Shown here: positions 28,114 to 36,951 of the stretch, one piece after another
Layout of the letters: each line of letters begins with the position of its first letter
How positions within the stretch are numbered: the stretch's first letter is position 1
From: a virus
Reading direction: 5' to 3' (one strand)
DNA length: 64,000 bases
Virus record (IMG/VR): IMGVR_UViG_3300020579_000011
Location: 6,522-70,521 of that record
Program-made: the position numbers and the translations under genes
Notes under the pieces: generated by a model
What the model was told of the DNA's origin: nothing
The model's input: only the letters and a program-made list of their open reading frames with translations
Databases searched by the model: none

Positions 28114-30089
28114 TTAACTGGTGACGGAAGGAACCGCAGCGTTTGAAATGTAGCACGCCGCCTTCGAGTTGCTTTGGAAAACGTTGAGGAACGTGTTGTA
28201 ATAAAAGATACTACTGGTCAAGTATGTACCTTGGTTAACGAAGTCCGGAATCGGCATGGTGGTGACGCCATCTCCGAATTCGTAAAGGGACGGCTCGACG
28301 GTTTCGATGATGCCCCAAGTTTCCGGGCATACGGCATCGAGGCGTCCTTGTTTTGCGGTGTACACGACATTCAGCGTGCGTCCGCCGTAGGTGATCGGCA
28401 TCTTTTTCTTCGTCATGTCCAGAGCTTTGTCCCCCGGAGGGTTGAAGTTCTGCATCAAGACGTTGGTGTAAAGTTGCGTCACGGCGAGTTGCTGGTCTGG
28501 CCCGCAGATCCATTCGAAATCGGCTACTGCCTCGTTTTCTGAACCAAGACCGCGGCCAATGAGAATTTCTGCTTTGAAGCCGTCTGTCGTGTTGATGGCA
28601 AAGTTGCCCTTGTTGATGTTCGGGACCGAGAGCTGGCCTGGATACGTTGCACGGTTGAGTCCCATGATCGTACCGGTCGTCGCGTTCGTCTGCCAAGCAT
28701 AGAGTCCAAGCACGCCCGAATTAAGCGCACCTGTCCCGTTCTGGATGACGACGAAATCTCCTGTCGAAGTGCTGGTCGGCAATGCGGTCGAGAAGTAGAC
28801 CGTATCGTTGGCACCGTCCACGTAGGAGACTACCGCTACTGCCGGTGTGGTTCTCGCGCCGCCACCTTCCGCAGCGAACAACTGGACCGATTGCTGCTCT
28901 TGGAACTGATTGGCTTGCCCGCCAAGACCAACAATCGATGACGGGTTTGCGCCGCCAAGCGTGTTGTTGTTGATCGTCGCCGTGGTTGGAATTTGCACGA
29001 TCGAGCCTGCGCCATCGCTCAAGAACTGAGCGTCAACGCCACGCATAAAGGAATCGAAAGAATTTTTCAATTCTTCAGCCCGCAGAGAGATGAGGCTTCT
29101 CTTTGGACCCTCCGTGGCCTTCCTTGCAAGGTACGTTATTTCGCCAGATGCTTTGTTACTACGCCTGTTTCTTGATTAGCGTAGGCCCCGGCATTTCTGC
29201 GGGGCTCTCTTTGTCGCCAAAGAGTTCGGACTGTATCTTCACTTCCTCCACAAGTTCAAGGAAGGCTTCGCGTGCGGTCTCTACGGTGCCCGTTCGGTTA
29301 AGGCGGTTCAATTGTTTCACCCTAATTGCGATAGCCTTATCCATTTCGGAAATTCTGACAAACCGCCTGTCACCACGGCGTGCCATATATTTAATCATCA
29401 GCCTCGCTTGTTCTTTTTTGCCACTCAGCGAGTTGAAGATAATCTCAAGGAATCTCTTTTTGTTGCTGCAACGCCCTTTAATATCCACATGCCAGAAATG
29501 CACATGCGTTGAGCGCGTAACATATTGGATTCCCCAAGAATCCAGAATGGATTCGACTCGTGAAATTATCAGAGGATTTGAATTACAAACTGCGGATACA
29601 CATGCTCGCCACCCTCCTGTAGTGGAGAAGTTAATAGAGCCTTCTCCATCCAAGATTGCTGCCATGTATCCGATGTCATTCTCTGAAAATTCCATGACGG
29701 TTCCCTCGGTATTGTCTCTAGTTTACCAAGCTAGAGAGTTTCACCGATACAGCGAAGTTTAGGCTGGGCGCGATGTGCTCATACCCAGCGAACAAGCCCA
29801 CTGGAGACAAATCCCCCGAGAGCCACTTTGATCCGGTCCCGCGAAGCAAGCTATCACCGTCACCGGTTTGCGTGGTGATGGCTGCACCTGACTGGACGCG
29901 GAACGGAATGCGAAACGCCGGTCGGGTTGTGCCGCCAGCCGCAGTAATATTTGCGGTCGGGTATGTCTTTGCTCCTTTTTTGAAGAAGTTGTACATCGTG
30001 CGGCTTTTGTAGACGAGATCGGGAATGCCCTTACTGAACGCTTCCAGTTCGACCGCTTCGACTGCTGCTTCTGCTAGTGGTGAAGCCAT
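28114..30089 (-). CDS. Major capsid protein, spliced (exons 30089-29783 and 29144-28114; 445 aa)
   Basis: Removing the intron joins ...GLFAG-T + GC-GAA... into GLFAGCEITYLARKAT in frame (307+1031 nt). Follows portal and scaffold genes. Confidence 0.8.
29145..29782 (-). mobile_element. Group I self-splicing intron (638 nt)
   Basis: P1 GCUGGGU/GCCCAGC with U.G wobble; P10 GCGA/UCGC; P3 CUUCGC/GCGAAG; P4 UCGGU/ACCGA; P5 UCUCUAG/CUAGAGA; R CCGUAGAGAC; S AAGAUACAGUCC; P8; P9 with GCGA loop; terminal G at 29145. Confidence 0.92.
29159..29695 (-). CDS. Intron-encoded LAGLIDADG homing endonuclease
   Basis: YMAAILDGEGSI motif; KKEQARL; reads through the intron core (TVETARE). Confidence 0.9.
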   Translation of the reverse strand: MEFSENDIGYMAAILDGEGSINFSTTGGWRACVSAVCNSNPLIISRVESILDSWGIQYVTRSTHVHFWHVDIKGRCSNKKRFLEIIFNSLSGKKEQARLMIKYMARRGDRRFVRISEMDKAIAIRVKQLNRLNRTGTVETAREAFLELVEEVKIQSELFGDKESPAEMPGPTLIKKQA

Positions 30090-30370
30090 AGATCAAACCT
30101 CGGAATGTAGCTCAACGCCTGCGGTTTCGCGTCCCGACGCGCCAGCTTCGCATCTGCTGTCTATTCCGCGTTGGCACTCTTCTCGGAGTCAACCAAGAAA
30201 AGTCTCACTTCACCCGATAGTTTTTTGGAACGTTTAGGAGGGTACTGCTGCATTCGGAGTGCTCGCCGAATGACGTGGATTTTTTGCGAGGTCATCCTCC
30301 TCGATGGTTCCTAAACAGTTGGCAGCGTACTATGCTTTTCTCTCGCAGGGCAAGAAAAAACGTGTTTGGG
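30090..30370 (-). ncRNA. Candidate structured, pseudoknotted RNA in the capsid leader
   Basis: Non-coding gap with multiple complementary segments, including crossing helices (see findings). Confidence 0.55.
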
Positions 30371-31717
30371 TCAATATCGATTAGCGGGAGCGTCCTTGAA
30401 ACCTTTGACAAGTTTTCCGTCCAAGAGATAGGCCATCCCAGCTATCCACATGGAATCGCTGGTTTTTACCCAATCCACTTGCTCGCGTCGTGGCCGTTGT
30501 CCCTGCGTCACATTGATAGGAACTACCTTTTTCTCGCCGTTTGGCTGCGCACCTGCCGCTGGCTTTGGTTTCGTTCCGATGTTCGGGTAGATTTCATTGC
30601 GGTGTAGGCGGAACTGCTCTGGCAGTCGCTCAATAAACGCTCTGTGGATGTAGTCCGCTGTCTTTACTGAGTCACCCTTTGCGCGGATCGAGCGCACATT
30701 GTTCAAGTACGCTTTGTCGTTCGCCAACACTTTCCAAACTCGCGCGATCAGCCCATTTCGGAAATGGTTCATGCCCTCTTTCTTGAGGCCCAAGTCCTTT
30801 TGTAGAGGATTGATGAGTTTGTCTAGTTCGGGATTGTTGGCCCGGTTTACATCTGTCTCTACGCGCGTCTGAAATTCTGTTTTCTTCTGGTTCTCGAATT
30901 CCTCGCGGTCTTTGGCGAGCTTTTCCGCTTCCGGGTTCTTGGTTGTTGCGCTCTTGCCGATATTGTCGGCCTTCTCTTTTATGTCGCCGAGCCATCCCTT
31001 GATCTTGCCAAGCAAATCATAGCTTTCTTGGCCTTTACCTTCTTTCACGAGTGCGAGGAGATTATCCACAGTGCGCACGAGGCCCGATTGTTCGAGCCGG
31101 GCAGAAAAGTGAGGCAGAATGGCTTCGTCGAAATGCTCGATGTTCTTGTCGCGGAGAACGTCCAGAGAGTTGCGCGTGGAGCGAATCAATCCTTGGGGAT
31201 TCTGCGGGTCGTAAAGCTGCTCAATGAGAGCCTTGTCCCCGTTTGCGAATTGCTGGATTTCGTTGCGGTAGTCCTGAACTTCGGTTTGAAGCTCCGTGAT
31301 GCCCTGCTCGCCGCCAAGAGATTCGATTGTCGCTCGCATGTTGCGAATGGCGGATATAGCTTCGCCTGGAGTCTTTGCTTCTGGGAACTCCTTCATCACA
31401 GCTTGATTGCGGAAGTAGGATTCAGCCCACTTTTTGGCTGCTTGAGGATTGGTCTTTTTCAGTTCGGCGATTTCGGCGCGTGTCTTGGCGTCGATTTTCC
31501 GTCCATCGGTTTCGATGTCGGATAAATCGGGTTCGGTCTTTTCGCCACCACCCGCAGCATCAGTCGCAGCCGCTGCATCGGCATCCGCTTGCGACGTCTC
31601 CGCAGCATCCGCGCCACCTGCCGCAGCAGCATCGTCAACAATGGTTTCATCCGCTGGAGCATCTGCTACCGCCGCACCGCCATCGCCTACTCCCGGTATG
31701 ATTTCTTCGCCTGGCAT
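30371..31717 (-). CDS. Scaffolding protein (putative)
   Basis: Acidic Ala/Asp-rich N-terminus, helical; lies between portal and capsid. Confidence 0.7.
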   Translation of the reverse strand: MPGEEIIPGVGDGGAAVADAPADETIVDDAAAAGGADAAETSQADADAAAATDAAGGGEKTEPDLSDIETDGRKIDAKTRAEIAELKKTNPQAAKKWAESYFRNQAVMKEFPEAKTPGEAISAIRNMRATIESLGGEQGITELQTEVQDYRNEIQQFANGDKALIEQLYDPQNPQGLIRSTRNSLDVLRDKNIEHFDEAILPHFSARLEQSGLVRTVDNLLALVKEGKGQESYDLLGKIKGWLGDIKEKADNIGKSATTKNPEAEKLAKDREEFENQKKTEFQTRVETDVNRANNPELDKLINPLQKDLGLKKEGMNHFRNGLIARVWKVLANDKAYLNNVRSIRAKGDSVKTADYIHRAFIERLPEQFRLHRNEIYPNIGTKPKPAAGAQPNGEKKVVPINVTQGQRPRREQVDWVKTSDSMWIAGMAYLLDGKLVKGFKDAPANRY

Positions 31718-31746
31718 GTTGCCTCCCCGAATTTAGCCTGTACCCG

Positions 31747-31872
31747 TCAGGCTGCCCGAAAACAACTTCGACAAAGTATCCATCCAGATTTCAACTTGGC
31801 CCATCCCTTACGCACGGGGTTTGCTTTACCTCGTCGCTTGCCGCAAATACAACAAATCCATTTGACTTTCAC
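31747..31872 (-). CDS. 41-aa zinc-finger protein (not in track)
   Basis: GTGA overlap with portal stop; MKVKWICCICGK...LCRSCFRAA. Confidence 0.55.
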   Translation of the reverse strand: MKVKWICCICGKRRGKANPVRKGWAKLKSGWILCRSCFRAA

Positions 31873-34379
31873 TGCGCTGCTCCGACTGGCTGTTTCTGCT
31901 TCGCTGCCAATTCCTTTTCTTTGTTCGCTTGGTCCGTAGCCTGCTTTTCCATTAATTCTTCGGGATTCAGTTTTAATCCAGCTTGCGCGGCCATCTCCAC
32001 TTGTCCACCCGGAGGCAAATCTTTGAAATTTATTGACTCGCTTGGCGGCTTCTTTGCACCTCCGCCCTGTTTCGCCGCGAGCGCTTGGTCGTGTTCCCCC
32101 ATGTGCAGCACTACGTTATCAAAAAATGGCCGATTATTCTTCTTTAGCTTTCGACCTTCGGGCGACATTAGGAATTTCCGGCAACAGAAGGATTCGCTGG
32201 CATGGTCTTCCCATGGCTCGACCGGGATACTTGACACCTCTGGAGGTAGTTGCTGAGCCTCTGCGTGCGCTTGGTCGAAGTGCGCTGGATCGACTCCTTT
32301 GGCAATCGCGTTGGTCGCCGTCTCAGTAGCTTGAGCTATCTGCGGATTCGGAATGGCGGGCGTTGTGGTAAGGATTTCCAGTTCGCCGAGTTGCTTATTG
32401 AATGCAGCCACTTCCATAAAGTACAGGTCAGTCAGCCCTTTCATTTCCTGCAAGAATTCTAGGTTTGCAGGATTGAATAGTTCTTCCAACATCTGCGGAT
32501 TCTTTTGTGCGCCTTCGAGCAACTCATCTAGTTTCGATTCCTTGTCAGCGTGAGTCTCGGGGAAGCTCGTATCCGCTTCCGGGAAGCACAGAATGTTGCC
32601 TTTGAGGTCGTTGACTTCAAGACGGATAACCTCGCCACCTGGAATCTTCTCGTTGATGCTATTGTCGCGGCACTTGGCTCCCCAGCGTACAAGTTGGCGC
32701 ATGGAACAGGCTTCGGCATCCTGCATCGAGTGCCACGTTGGAGCGAGACGACCTAACGCTTGGTCACGCTGAATCTTTTTGCCGGTTGCCGTAGGGTTGT
32801 CGCCTTCTTCGGCTCCAGCGAGCGCGGGATAGGCTCCAGACAGCAATTGCGAGATCGGCCCAATATATTCCTTAACGAATTCTGGTAGAGAAGCGTTTAC
32901 GTTGATGGCGGGCTCGACGAATACAAGTTGATCAGCGGTCATGCCTGGCTGCGGCTTGAACGCTCCAACATCAACGTAAACGCTTCTCTGGGCGCGGATC
33001 GCGTCCACATCGAACGCTTTGTTGTGCATCCATTTCTTTGGCACTGTCCGGATGAATGTGTCGTTCATCAAGTCGAGCCAGTTATTGACTCGCTTCTGAA
33101 TCGGCATCATTGATGTGCCGAGGGCGTTCCTGTTCTGGCCGTCGCCTGAGAATGCCTGGCCTAGCGCCCAGCAATGGTCCATGCCTTCATTACGGGCGTA
33201 GCAGAACACTTCACCGGCGTAGACCGCAAGAACGCCATCAGGAAACTTTTGGACTAACGAGGCACGCACTCCTGGTTTGATTCCGTCATCCATGAATTGC
33301 GATGGCCTGTGCCAGCTCATCTGCACGGTTACGTCTTGCGCGATGGAATCCGAAGTGACGTACGTGGACTGCATCCCGAGTTTTACGTTCTGTCGCGCGA
33401 GTTTCGCTATCTCGCCTTCCGTTATTCCTGTCGAGCCTGACCTTATTTTATCGGCTACTTGGACGAATCGGCCCTTGGCCCGCTGTACGCTGATTTCAGT
33501 CTCATACTGCAACGAGTCTACGTCGCATAGGTCATTGGCGCTCATGGGCGACAGTTTCACTTCGAGCTTGCCGTGCGCTGTCCTTACTTCTTGGCCTCGC
33601 GGCTTTCTCTTGGCGACCGGAGCGGCTTGCTCTTCGGCTCCCTGTGGCTCTTCTTCTGCACCTTGTTGTGGCTGCGCGGAGAGTTGCTGGTCGAGAGGTT
33701 GAGCGGCCGCTTGGTCTGGTTGCGCTTCGGGAGGCTCCGTTTCCGGAACGATGTTATCTGGAACATCTTCATCTTCCCACCCGAAGCGTTGGCCGTCTTT
33801 TATGAATCGTGAGTAGTACAAGAATCGGCCATCGGTGTAGAGATAGCGCGAGGCGTCAGTCTGAATCCGCATCAAGTTATTGTTGCGCTCGATTACCTTG
33901 ATGAATTTCTCGGCGGATTCAGCGGCAGTGATGGCTCCTGCGTTGTCGGCGCTTTGCGGCTCGAAGCGGACGGCAGGCACAGCGCGAGTGAGTGTAGCAA
34001 TCAGGATTTGTGCTTGAGCTGAATAGATGTTCGTTGGCAGGAGAGCGAGATCAAGTTGCATCCCTGCTCCATAGCCTGTCGATTCTCCGGGGATACGCCA
34101 TCCGCCACCGCGTTCAGGAATCAAGAACTGGAAGCCGCGGTAGAATAAACTCGCTTCCCACGCGGTAATCACTTCGACTAGTCTGGCTGGATAGTCCCTG
34201 CGAGCCGCTTTCCCGTTGAGGAGTTTTATCGCCGCCAGTTCGTCTTGATTGAGGTCTGCTTCGTAGAGGGATTTCTCAGGAGAAAATTCTGACCCTGCCA
34301 GTTCGCCTAACGCGAATTCTGGCTCTTGCGTGTCTGAACCTGTGAGACCAACTGCTGCTGTTGCCAAAGACCCGCGCAA
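31869..34379 (-). CDS. Portal protein
   Basis: 836 aa downstream of terL; TNIYS, PAVRFEP, PIQKRVN, TATG motifs, WEDH C-terminal motif. Confidence 0.85.
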   Translation of the reverse strand: MRGSLATAAVGLTGSDTQEPEFALGELAGSEFSPEKSLYEADLNQDELAAIKLLNGKAARRDYPARLVEVITAWEASLFYRGFQFLIPERGGGWRIPGESTGYGAGMQLDLALLPTNIYSAQAQILIATLTRAVPAVRFEPQSADNAGAITAAESAEKFIKVIERNNNLMRIQTDASRYLYTDGRFLYYSRFIKDGQRFGWEDEDVPDNIVPETEPPEAQPDQAAAQPLDQQLSAQPQQGAEEEPQGAEEQAAPVAKRKPRGQEVRTAHGKLEVKLSPMSANDLCDVDSLQYETEISVQRAKGRFVQVADKIRSGSTGITEGEIAKLARQNVKLGMQSTYVTSDSIAQDVTVQMSWHRPSQFMDDGIKPGVRASLVQKFPDGVLAVYAGEVFCYARNEGMDHCWALGQAFSGDGQNRNALGTSMMPIQKRVNNWLDLMNDTFIRTVPKKWMHNKAFDVDAIRAQRSVYVDVGAFKPQPGMTADQLVFVEPAINVNASLPEFVKEYIGPISQLLSGAYPALAGAEEGDNPTATGKKIQRDQALGRLAPTWHSMQDAEACSMRQLVRWGAKCRDNSINEKIPGGEVIRLEVNDLKGNILCFPEADTSFPETHADKESKLDELLEGAQKNPQMLEELFNPANLEFLQEMKGLTDLYFMEVAAFNKQLGELEILTTTPAIPNPQIAQATETATNAIAKGVDPAHFDQAHAEAQQLPPEVSSIPVEPWEDHASESFCCRKFLMSPEGRKLKKNNRPFFDNVVLHMGEHDQALAAKQGGGAKKPPSESINFKDLPPGGQVEMAAQAGLKLNPEELMEKQATDQANKEKELAAKQKQPVGAAQ

Positions 34380-34388
34380 TCTACCCGA

Positions 34389-34661
34389 TTACGTGTTGAT
34401 GCTAAGTGCACCGCCGCTGATGCCGATGCCGATATCCGGCAAGTTGGCGGATTGTTTGAATCTTATCGTATGCGGAGCCACGACCTGAGAAATAGTTGTC
34501 GTCACGTTAACGTCAGGTCGCGTTGGAAATACAACCGTAATTTGCCTCCCCACATCCGCGCTCGTCAAAGCATGATTCAGGATTTCCATGCTCACGATGC
34601 CCGCTTCGCGAACTAGTGTTGAAATATAAAGCGGTCCTGCGTTATCTGCTGGTCTAGCCAT
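34389..34661 (-). CDS. Small FCCH-like beta-barrel structural protein
   Basis: ISTLVREAGIVSMEILNHALTSADVG resembles the module in the fibre (ISGFTRSGQTVTATATAHGLSTG). Confidence 0.5.
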   Translation of the reverse strand: MARPADNAGPLYISTLVREAGIVSMEILNHALTSADVGRQITVVFPTRPDVNVTTTISQVVAPHTIRFKQSANLPDIGIGISGGALSINT

Positions 34662-34663
34662 CT

Positions 34664-34801
34664 CTAATACCTTCTTCCTCGCAAAGTCACCCATACAAAA
34701 ATTCTAGCCATGGCATAAGTCTCGAACACTTCCGCTTGGCAACGCAAAGGGTGAACGACAGCCCATGTCCGGTCGTACTGCCGATAAAGTCGTAACTTCA
34801 T
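34664..34801 (-). CDS. 45-aa hypothetical protein (not in track)
   Basis: ATG directly after upstream TAA; fills the gap exactly. Confidence 0.4.
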   Translation of the reverse strand: MKLRLYRQYDRTWAVVHPLRCQAEVFETYAMARIFVWVTLRGRRY

Positions 34802-34990
34802 TTAACGACGCGCTGATGCAAAAGCTAAGGCCATCCGCGCTTTCTTTCCCACCTTGCCAGATTTGTGCTTGTCCAACTCGGCCTCTTCGTGGACCGAGTG
34901 ACCGTGTGCGGTTGCAATTCGCGTAAAGGAACCCTTTGTGCCCGCTTTCTTTTCGCGATTGGCTTCGTGCTGCATCCACCTGCTGCTCAT
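34802..34990 (-). CDS. Small basic protein
   Basis: GAGGAG RBS; WMQ...KGSF...KKARMALAF. Confidence 0.6.
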   Translation of the reverse strand: MSSRWMQHEANREKKAGTKGSFTRIATAHGHSVHEEAELDKHKSGKVGKKARMALAFASARR

Positions 34991-34992
34991 GT

Positions 34993-35577
34993 TTAACTCC
35001 TCGCCCCACTGAAAGCCTTAGCTAGTCTTGAGGGCTTCTGCTTTTCCGTGGTGCCACCTAGAATCTTCTGGGCTTCCCGCCAAGTAATATTTTCGCCTTC
35101 GTGCCCGTCGCAACAGTCGTCCCAATCTACTTCTTGACCTTTGTGATCGGACATTGCGTTACTCGCTTCATCCTGGTCCTTGGACATTAGCGAACAAATG
35201 CCGTCTTCGCCATTCTTGTCAGTCTCGAAATGCTCGCAGGGAGCACCTTGCTTGAATCCTCCACAATTTGTTCCGGTAGGCGACTTCGCCCATTCGAGTC
35301 CTGTCTGGTCTGCTGCATCGGCTCCGAGCGTTGTGACGTTGTAGATTACTTGGTCGTCGTCCACGACCAAAGGAGTTCCGCCACGTTGATAGCAGCAAAC
35401 CGGAGTATATACTTCACCTGCCTTTTTAACTCTGTCTATGACGATCTTCGGGCCATGTATCTGACAGCGCTTTTGGTTGAGGTATAGAAACGGGCATACG
35501 AAACAAGACTTCGGCTGGTTGCCAGTATCCGTACCGCCGACGAATGCCAGTGCCCATCTCTGTACGCCTTCGCTCAT
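34993..35577 (-). CDS. Cys-rich protein with two HiPIP-like repeats
   Basis: CFVCPF..RCQIH..VCCY and NC..PCEHF..GICSL..DCCDG. Confidence 0.55.
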   Translation of the reverse strand: MSEGVQRWALAFVGGTDTGNQPKSCFVCPFLYLNQKRCQIHGPKIVIDRVKKAGEVYTPVCCYQRGGTPLVVDDDQVIYNVTTLGADAADQTGLEWAKSPTGTNCGGFKQGAPCEHFETDKNGEDGICSLMSKDQDEASNAMSDHKGQEVDWDDCCDGHEGENITWREAQKILGGTTEKQKPSRLAKAFSGARS

Positions 35578-35582
35578 GTCGC

Positions 35583-35831
35583 CTATACGCGCTGCTCAAG
35601 TGGAATGCCGCATAATGTAACCTTATAACGCGAGCCTACGCCACGTCCAAGACCATCATTCGGTGCATTCTTCATCCACTCAGTATCCCCGCGCACAACG
35701 CTAAGGACGGTGATGCTTTCACCGATTAATCGAGCTGCGGTCTCAGGATGGCACTCGAATGCTTTTATGCGTACCCCCAATCGACCAAGTGCTGCGACTG
35801 ACTCACGAATAATCTTTTCTGTTTCGGTCAT
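35583..35831 (-). CDS. Hypothetical protein
   Basis: ATGA coupling. Confidence 0.55.
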   Translation of the reverse strand: MTETEKIIRESVAALGRLGVRIKAFECHPETAARLIGESITVLSVVRGDTEWMKNAPNDGLGRGVGSRYKVTLCGIPLEQRV

Positions 35832-36013
35832 GATTTCGCTTTCTTGAAAGCCTCGGCCATCCTCGACCGCTTCTCTGGAATGTCGTGTCCTTCCTTGCGC
35901 AAGTACGAAAGTAGAATCGCCTTGGCCTGTTTCGGATTCTTGACAATCTTGCCGCTGCCCCCAGAGTGGAGCTTGTGCGCGCGGAACAGCGGCATGATTT
36001 CTTTTGCTGGCAT
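35828..36013 (-). CDS. Small basic protein (DUF6496-like)
   Basis: FRAHKLHSG..GKIVKNPKQAKAILLS. Confidence 0.7.
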   Translation of the reverse strand: MPAKEIMPLFRAHKLHSGGSGKIVKNPKQAKAILLSYLRKEGHDIPEKRSRMAEAFKKAKS

Positions 36014-36454
36014 CTAGCCCATGCCCGGAATCGGTGACGACATCTTACCCTCTTCGACGCCTTCTTCTTCCGGTGACTCGCTCCGTTCGTGCTCGTTCAA
36101 CCCAAGTGCGAGGCCCATGTGGGCATGCGCTGCACGGTGAGTCGGATGCTTCGAATGATGCGTGAATCCCATTCCGTCTTCTTTACCTTGTCGGTGTTCG
36201 CCGTGGTGTGTCGTTACGTGGTGTGTCTCGCCGTCGTGCTCGTGATGCATCTCAACGGCGGGTCCATGCTCTTGCACGACGTCTCGGATATCTTCGGGCG
36301 ACTCATCCTTCATCTCGGCGTCCGGGTCTGGCTGGTGTCCTGCGGGCCTACTTTTGGGATCGACAACTTTGGTCTGGTGTTGCTGGAAGGATTCGTCTTG
36401 TCTGCGTGCGTGCGAGAAACTGTGAGCTGGTCGTCCTTGCGAGTCTCTTGGCAT
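36014..36454 (-). CDS. His-rich protein
   Basis: AAGGAG RBS; HHEHDGETHHVTTHHGEH. Confidence 0.65.
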   Translation of the reverse strand: MPRDSQGRPAHSFSHARRQDESFQQHQTKVVDPKSRPAGHQPDPDAEMKDESPEDIRDVVQEHGPAVEMHHEHDGETHHVTTHHGEHRQGKEDGMGFTHHSKHPTHRAAHAHMGLALGLNEHERSESPEEEGVEEGKMSSPIPGMG

Positions 36455-36455
36455 T

Positions 36456-36839
36456 TTAATTCTCCTTTTTCGCTTCACCCGATTCTTGCACTTTGACGCT
36501 GGCGAGCTGCTTGGCCATCCAACGTTTCCCTGCGTCGCTTCGTAGCCATTCATCTTTCTGCACAACGCGCTGAAACGGTGTCCCGGAAAAGATAGGTGGC
36601 GCGTCTGGGTCAACAGGAGCTTTTGGTTCTTCTGGTGGCTCCGCGACCGTGGACGGTAGGCCCAAGCGCAATGTTAGTCTTTCTACGGAGTCTTGCAAGC
36701 GTTTGTTTTCGGCTAGGACGCGAAGGAGTTCGGCGGCGTGCAGGGCGCGTTCGTCTGTGATTTGCTGGCGCAAGTGCTCAATCAGGATTTTTGTGGACTG
36801 GAACAGGAGCCACCTTCCTTTTTGCCAGTTCTGAGGCAA
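36456..36839 (-). CDS. Coiled-coil hypothetical protein (start uncertain)
   Basis: Helical ORF filling the gap. Confidence 0.5.
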   Translation of the reverse strand: MPQNWQKGRWLLFQSTKILIEHLRQQITDERALHAAELLRVLAENKRLQDSVERLTLRLGLPSTVAEPPEEPKAPVDPDAPPIFSGTPFQRVVQKDEWLRSDAGKRWMAKQLASVKVQESGEAKKEN

Positions 36840-36951
36840 TCTCGCGTTTCACCTTGCGCGTGGCCTTAGGATAATTGGCCTGCATGAACATCTTCGCGCC
36901 AACTCGCTTGAGAGCGCGGACTTGCTGGCGGGTTAGGAGTTGCTCGCTCAT
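36778..36951 (-). CDS. 57-aa basic protein (not in track)
   Basis: ATGA overlap with terL stop; MSEQLLTRQQVRALKR. Confidence 0.5.
   Translation of the reverse strand: MSEQLLTRQQVRALKRVGAKMFMQANYPKATRKVKREIASELAKRKVAPVPVHKNPD

Noticed and set aside
29159-29695. Intein or capsid pseudogene
   Set aside because: Stops flank the endonuclease, there are no intein terminal motifs, and a full group I RNA core explains the split.
34695-34801. Apparent non-coding gap or ribozyme
   Set aside because: Filled exactly by a 45-aa coupled ORF; no hammerhead core.
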